From Candidatus Latescibacterota bacterium (GTDB taxonomy: Bacteria > Latescibacterota > UBA2968 > GCA-2709665): a stretch of DNA of 64,000 nt. The position numbers and the translations under genes are program-made. The notes beneath the pieces are model-generated. The model was given only the letters and a program-made list of their open reading frames with translations. It had not been told where the DNA came from and did no database searches. The stretch is from the NCBI GenBank assembly GCA_963667175.2, contig CAXXXF010000015.1:128001-192000 (forward strand), read 5' to 3'. Of the stretch, positions 61,360 to 64,000 are shown piece by piece. The stretch's first letter is position 1. Every line of letters begins with the position of its first letter.

Positions 61360-62403
61360 CTACGCATTCTTCAGCGCCGTCACTGTTTCGATCAGGCGAC
61401 GGTCCGCGTTGTATCGTAGCTGCAGGATCTGGTCGAGTTGCTCAGGGCTGGCGTTTCCGGACGTCAGCTGATAGACCTCGAGTCTGTCCGCCAGCGCGTT
61501 CATGACCATATCGAGAAGGATGAGGTCCGAAGCGTCGTCCTCGACCATACACTCATCCGCCAGCACGCGCCGAACCACCTTCAGGCGATCCCGCAATGCT
61601 TCCTCGTCTATCTGCTCGACCTTGGACCGACTGACAAGGGGGGTGGAAAGCGTCGCCAGAAATCCTTCACTCAGATATTTGCGGGCTTTCTCTTCGGTCC
61701 AGGTGTCCGACAGGATTTCCACAACGGACTGCGGAATCCGATCGGCCCGATCCCGGTTTTCAGCAGACCCGCCGCCTTCGTTCTGCCGGCGCGGCTGTCG
61801 GCGCCGTCGCGTTCGGCGATGCTCCTGTGCGCCTCTGGACTGGGGCTCCGGCGTCCTTTCAGCCGGGGTATCGGACGGCGCGTCCGCCGCCGGTTCGGGA
61901 GGCGGCGGCGCAGGCTTCGTGGTCTCCGGCATGGCCTCGGCAACGGGTTCCCCGGCCTTCGCCGGCTCAGGGGACACCGTTTCTGTTGCCTCGGCTTCCG
62001 GAGGCGCCGCGGCACTGTCAGCTTCTTTTTCGGTTTGACTCTGCTGCTTGTCGTCCGCTTTCGCCCGTGTCGTGCGCTTCGTGGACTTTGTCGATTTCCG
62101 GGGCCGTTTCGCGGGCCGCCGCGAAATCACGCGTTTCTCGGAAACATCCGCCGTTTTCTCGGCTGACTGACCTGTATCTTCCTGGGGGGCGGCTTCGGTC
62201 TCCTTACTCTCTTCCTCCGCCGGCGCCGTGCGGCTTCGAGTCGTTCTCTTCGGTTTCTTGCTGCCGCTCCGGGTACGCTTGGCGGGCCGCCGCGAGACCA
62301 CGCGTCTTTCGGAATCCCTGACGTCTTCCTTCTTCTCCGTGCCCGAGGCTTCCGATACGGGTTGATCATTCTCCCCGGAAGGAGAATCCTGAATAACGTC
62401 CAT
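61360..62403 (-). CDS. Hypothetical protein with long disordered, repeated basic N-terminus
   Basis: GGAGG RBS; SxxRVxSRRPAKR repeated twice; helical C-terminal domain. Confidence 0.7.
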   Translation of the reverse strand: MDVIQDSPSGENDQPVSEASGTEKKEDVRDSERRVVSRRPAKRTRSGSKKPKRTTRSRTAPAEEESKETEAAPQEDTGQSAEKTADVSEKRVISRRPAKRPRKSTKSTKRTTRAKADDKQQSQTEKEADSAAAPPEAEATETVSPEPAKAGEPVAEAMPETTKPAPPPPEPAADAPSDTPAERTPEPQSRGAQEHRRTRRRRQPRRQNEGGGSAENRDRADRIPQSVVEILSDTWTEEKARKYLSEGFLATLSTPLVSRSKVEQIDEEALRDRLKVVRRVLADECMVEDDASDLILLDMVMNALADRLEVYQLTSGNASPEQLDQILQLRYNADRRLIETVTALKNA

Positions 62404-62534
62404 ATACCTCCCTTCGAGCCGTAAACGTCGCGTCACATGCGAATTCGTCCACAACCCTCCACAATGTTGAATCCGACCGAAAACATCAAGCGAGTCCGAT
62501 AATATAAGCAAATGTTATCTTCGTTTACCAGATG

Positions 62535-62563
62535 AAAAAGGGTCGGCCAGTATCGGCCGACCC
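62535..62563 (-). terminator. Terminator after groEL
   Basis: GGGTCGGCC..GGCCGACCC followed by TTTTT on the minus strand. Confidence 0.75.
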
Positions 62564-62594
62564 GTCTACTTCCGCGGGATGTTTCGGTCGTGGA

Positions 62595-64000
62595 TTAGTG
62601 ATGTTCGTGGCCGTGACCCGGTGGTGGCTCCTTTTCCTCTTCCGGGACTTCCGTGACAAGCGTTTCCGTTGTCAGCAGAAGCCCGGCGATGCTGGCCGCG
62701 TTCTCAACTGCAGAACGCACAACCTTGGTGGGATCGGCCACGCCCGATTCAATCAGGTCTTCGTAGGTTTCGGTGAGCGCGTTGAATCCGAAAGCGCCTT
62801 CTCCCTCGATGACCCGCTGCACAACGAGGCTGCCCTCGTGGCCCGCGTTATCGGCAATCTTTCTCAGTGGCGCCTCCAGTGCCTTGCCCAGAAGGTCCAC
62901 ACCTGTCTTCTGGTCGCCGCGAACCCGGCTGCGAACCTTATCCAGCGAAGGAATGCACCTCACGAGGGCCACACCGCCGCCAGGCACGATTCCCTCCTCA
63001 ACAGCCGCCCGGGTCGCGTGCAGAGCATCTTCCACTCTCGCCTTTTTCTCCTTCATCTCGGTTTCGGTCGCAGCGCCGACGTTTACCACCGCCACGCCGC
63101 CGGCGAGCTTGGCGAGTCGCTCCTGAAGTTTCTCCCGGTCATAGTCCGAGGTGGTTTCCTCTATCTGCAAGCGAATCTGGCTGACCCGCCCCTGGATGTC
63201 GTCGGTGGCCCCGGCGCCCTCCACGATCGTCGTATTGTCCTTATCGATGACGATTCGCTTGGCCTGCCCCAGGTCGTCGAGCTGTATATTCTCCAGCTTG
63301 ATTCCCAAATCTTCGGAAATCACCCGGCCGCCGGTGAGAATAGCGATATCCGCAAGCATTTCCTTCCGACGGTCGCCGTACCCGGGAGCCTTTACCGCTG
63401 CCGCTTTGATGGTCCCCCGAACCTTGTTCACGACAAACGTCGCCAGCGCCTCACCCTCCACGTCTTCGGCGATTACCAGGAGCGCCTTGCCGGCTTGCGC
63501 AGTTTTCTCCAGCAAGGGAAGAAGATCTTTCATATTGGAAAGCTTTTTCTCGTAGATCAGCAGATACGCGTCTTCCAGAATCGCTTCCATGTCGTCCTGG
63601 TCGGTCACAAAATACGGCGAAATATATCCCCGATCGAATTGCATGCCCTCCACCACGTCCAGCGTGGTTTCGATCGATTTTGCTTCCTCGACGGTTATCG
63701 TGCCGTCTTTGCCTACCTTCTCCATCGAATCGGCGATAATTTCTCCTATGCTGCTGTCGTTATTGGCAGAGACCGTCGCCACCTGCGCGATTTCCTTACG
63801 GCCCGTGACCTCCTGGGACTGTGCCCTTAGCGCGTCGGTCACGTCCCTGACACCCTCGTCGATTCCCCGCTTGATGTCCATGGGGTTTGCGCCGGCCGTC
63901 ACGTTCTTGAGCCCATCGCGATAGATGGCTTCCGCAAGGACTGTGGCAGTGGTGGTGCCGTCGCCCGCAACGTCGGACGTCTTGGAAGCGACCTCTTTCA
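62595..64000 (-). CDS. groEL: Chaperonin GroEL (5' end outside window) with His-rich tail
   Basis: [43 protein letters not shown]; ends [10 protein letters not shown]. Confidence 0.96.
   Translation of the reverse strand, partial: KEVASKTSDVAGDGTTTATVLAEAIYRDGLKNVTAGANPMDIKRGIDEGVRDVTDALRAQSQEVTGRKEIAQVATVSANNDSSIGEIIADSMEKVGKDGTITVEEAKSIETTLDVVEGMQFDRGYISPYFVTDQDDMEAILEDAYLLIYEKKLSNMKDLLPLLEKTAQAGKALLVIAEDVEGEALATFVVNKVRGTIKAAAVKAPGYGDRRKEMLADIAILTGGRVISEDLGIKLENIQLDDLGQAKRIVIDKDNTTIVEGAGATDDIQGRVSQIRLQIEETTSDYDREKLQERLAKLAGGVAVVNVGAATETEMKEKKARVEDALHATRAAVEEGIVPGGGVALVRCIPSLDKVRSRVRGDQKTGVDLLGKALEAPLRKIADNAGHEGSLVVQRVIEGEGAFGFNALTETYEDLIESGVADPTKVVRSAVENAASIAGLLLTTETLVTEVPEEEKEPPPGHGHEHH

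Overview
GC-rich bacterial chromosomal window. A FlgD/T9SS-like C-terminal sorting domain and a TonB receptor suggest a diderm FCB-superphylum-like organism (inference). It has five blocks. (1) 1-9.35 kb: minus-strand defence operon of SNF2 helicase, DUF4391, pentapeptide-FRG fusion, Type III Mod and an Avs4-like nuclease-STAND NTPase; the last runs off the left edge and is missing from the ORF track. (2) 9.9-34 kb: accessory genes (PIN/Phd TA pair, NhaC, HelD-like helicase, Asp-box protein, ankyrin protein, Uma2, ABC permease, uvrA, 5'-nucleotidase) plus a complete IS1595-family element with cargo and an 8-bp TSD. (3) 34-50 kb: probable zinc/metal-starvation island. It contains a His/Cys-rich RAPP leader peptide, a repeat lipoprotein and a ZnuD-like TonB receptor that share a duplicated 5' leader, queD, an internally deleted COG0523 gene with WD40 partner, a Zrg-like ABC/DUF3299 set and candidate Fur/Zur boxes. 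(4) 50-58 kb: DUF169, Cld/HemQ, an orphan MAD3-like ATPase, AICAR transformylase, and a sigma/pseudo-HtrA/anti-sigma/ECF block bracketed by 45-bp direct repeats. (5) acs, queC and a His-tailed groEL (partial). Intergenic DNA holds nested non-autonomous elements: two CTAA-flanked MITE families and a 19/33-nt CCTGCCTGC..GCAGGCAGG palindrome. No rRNA, tRNA or CRISPR array was seen. All family calls come from motif recognition by eye, not from database searches.
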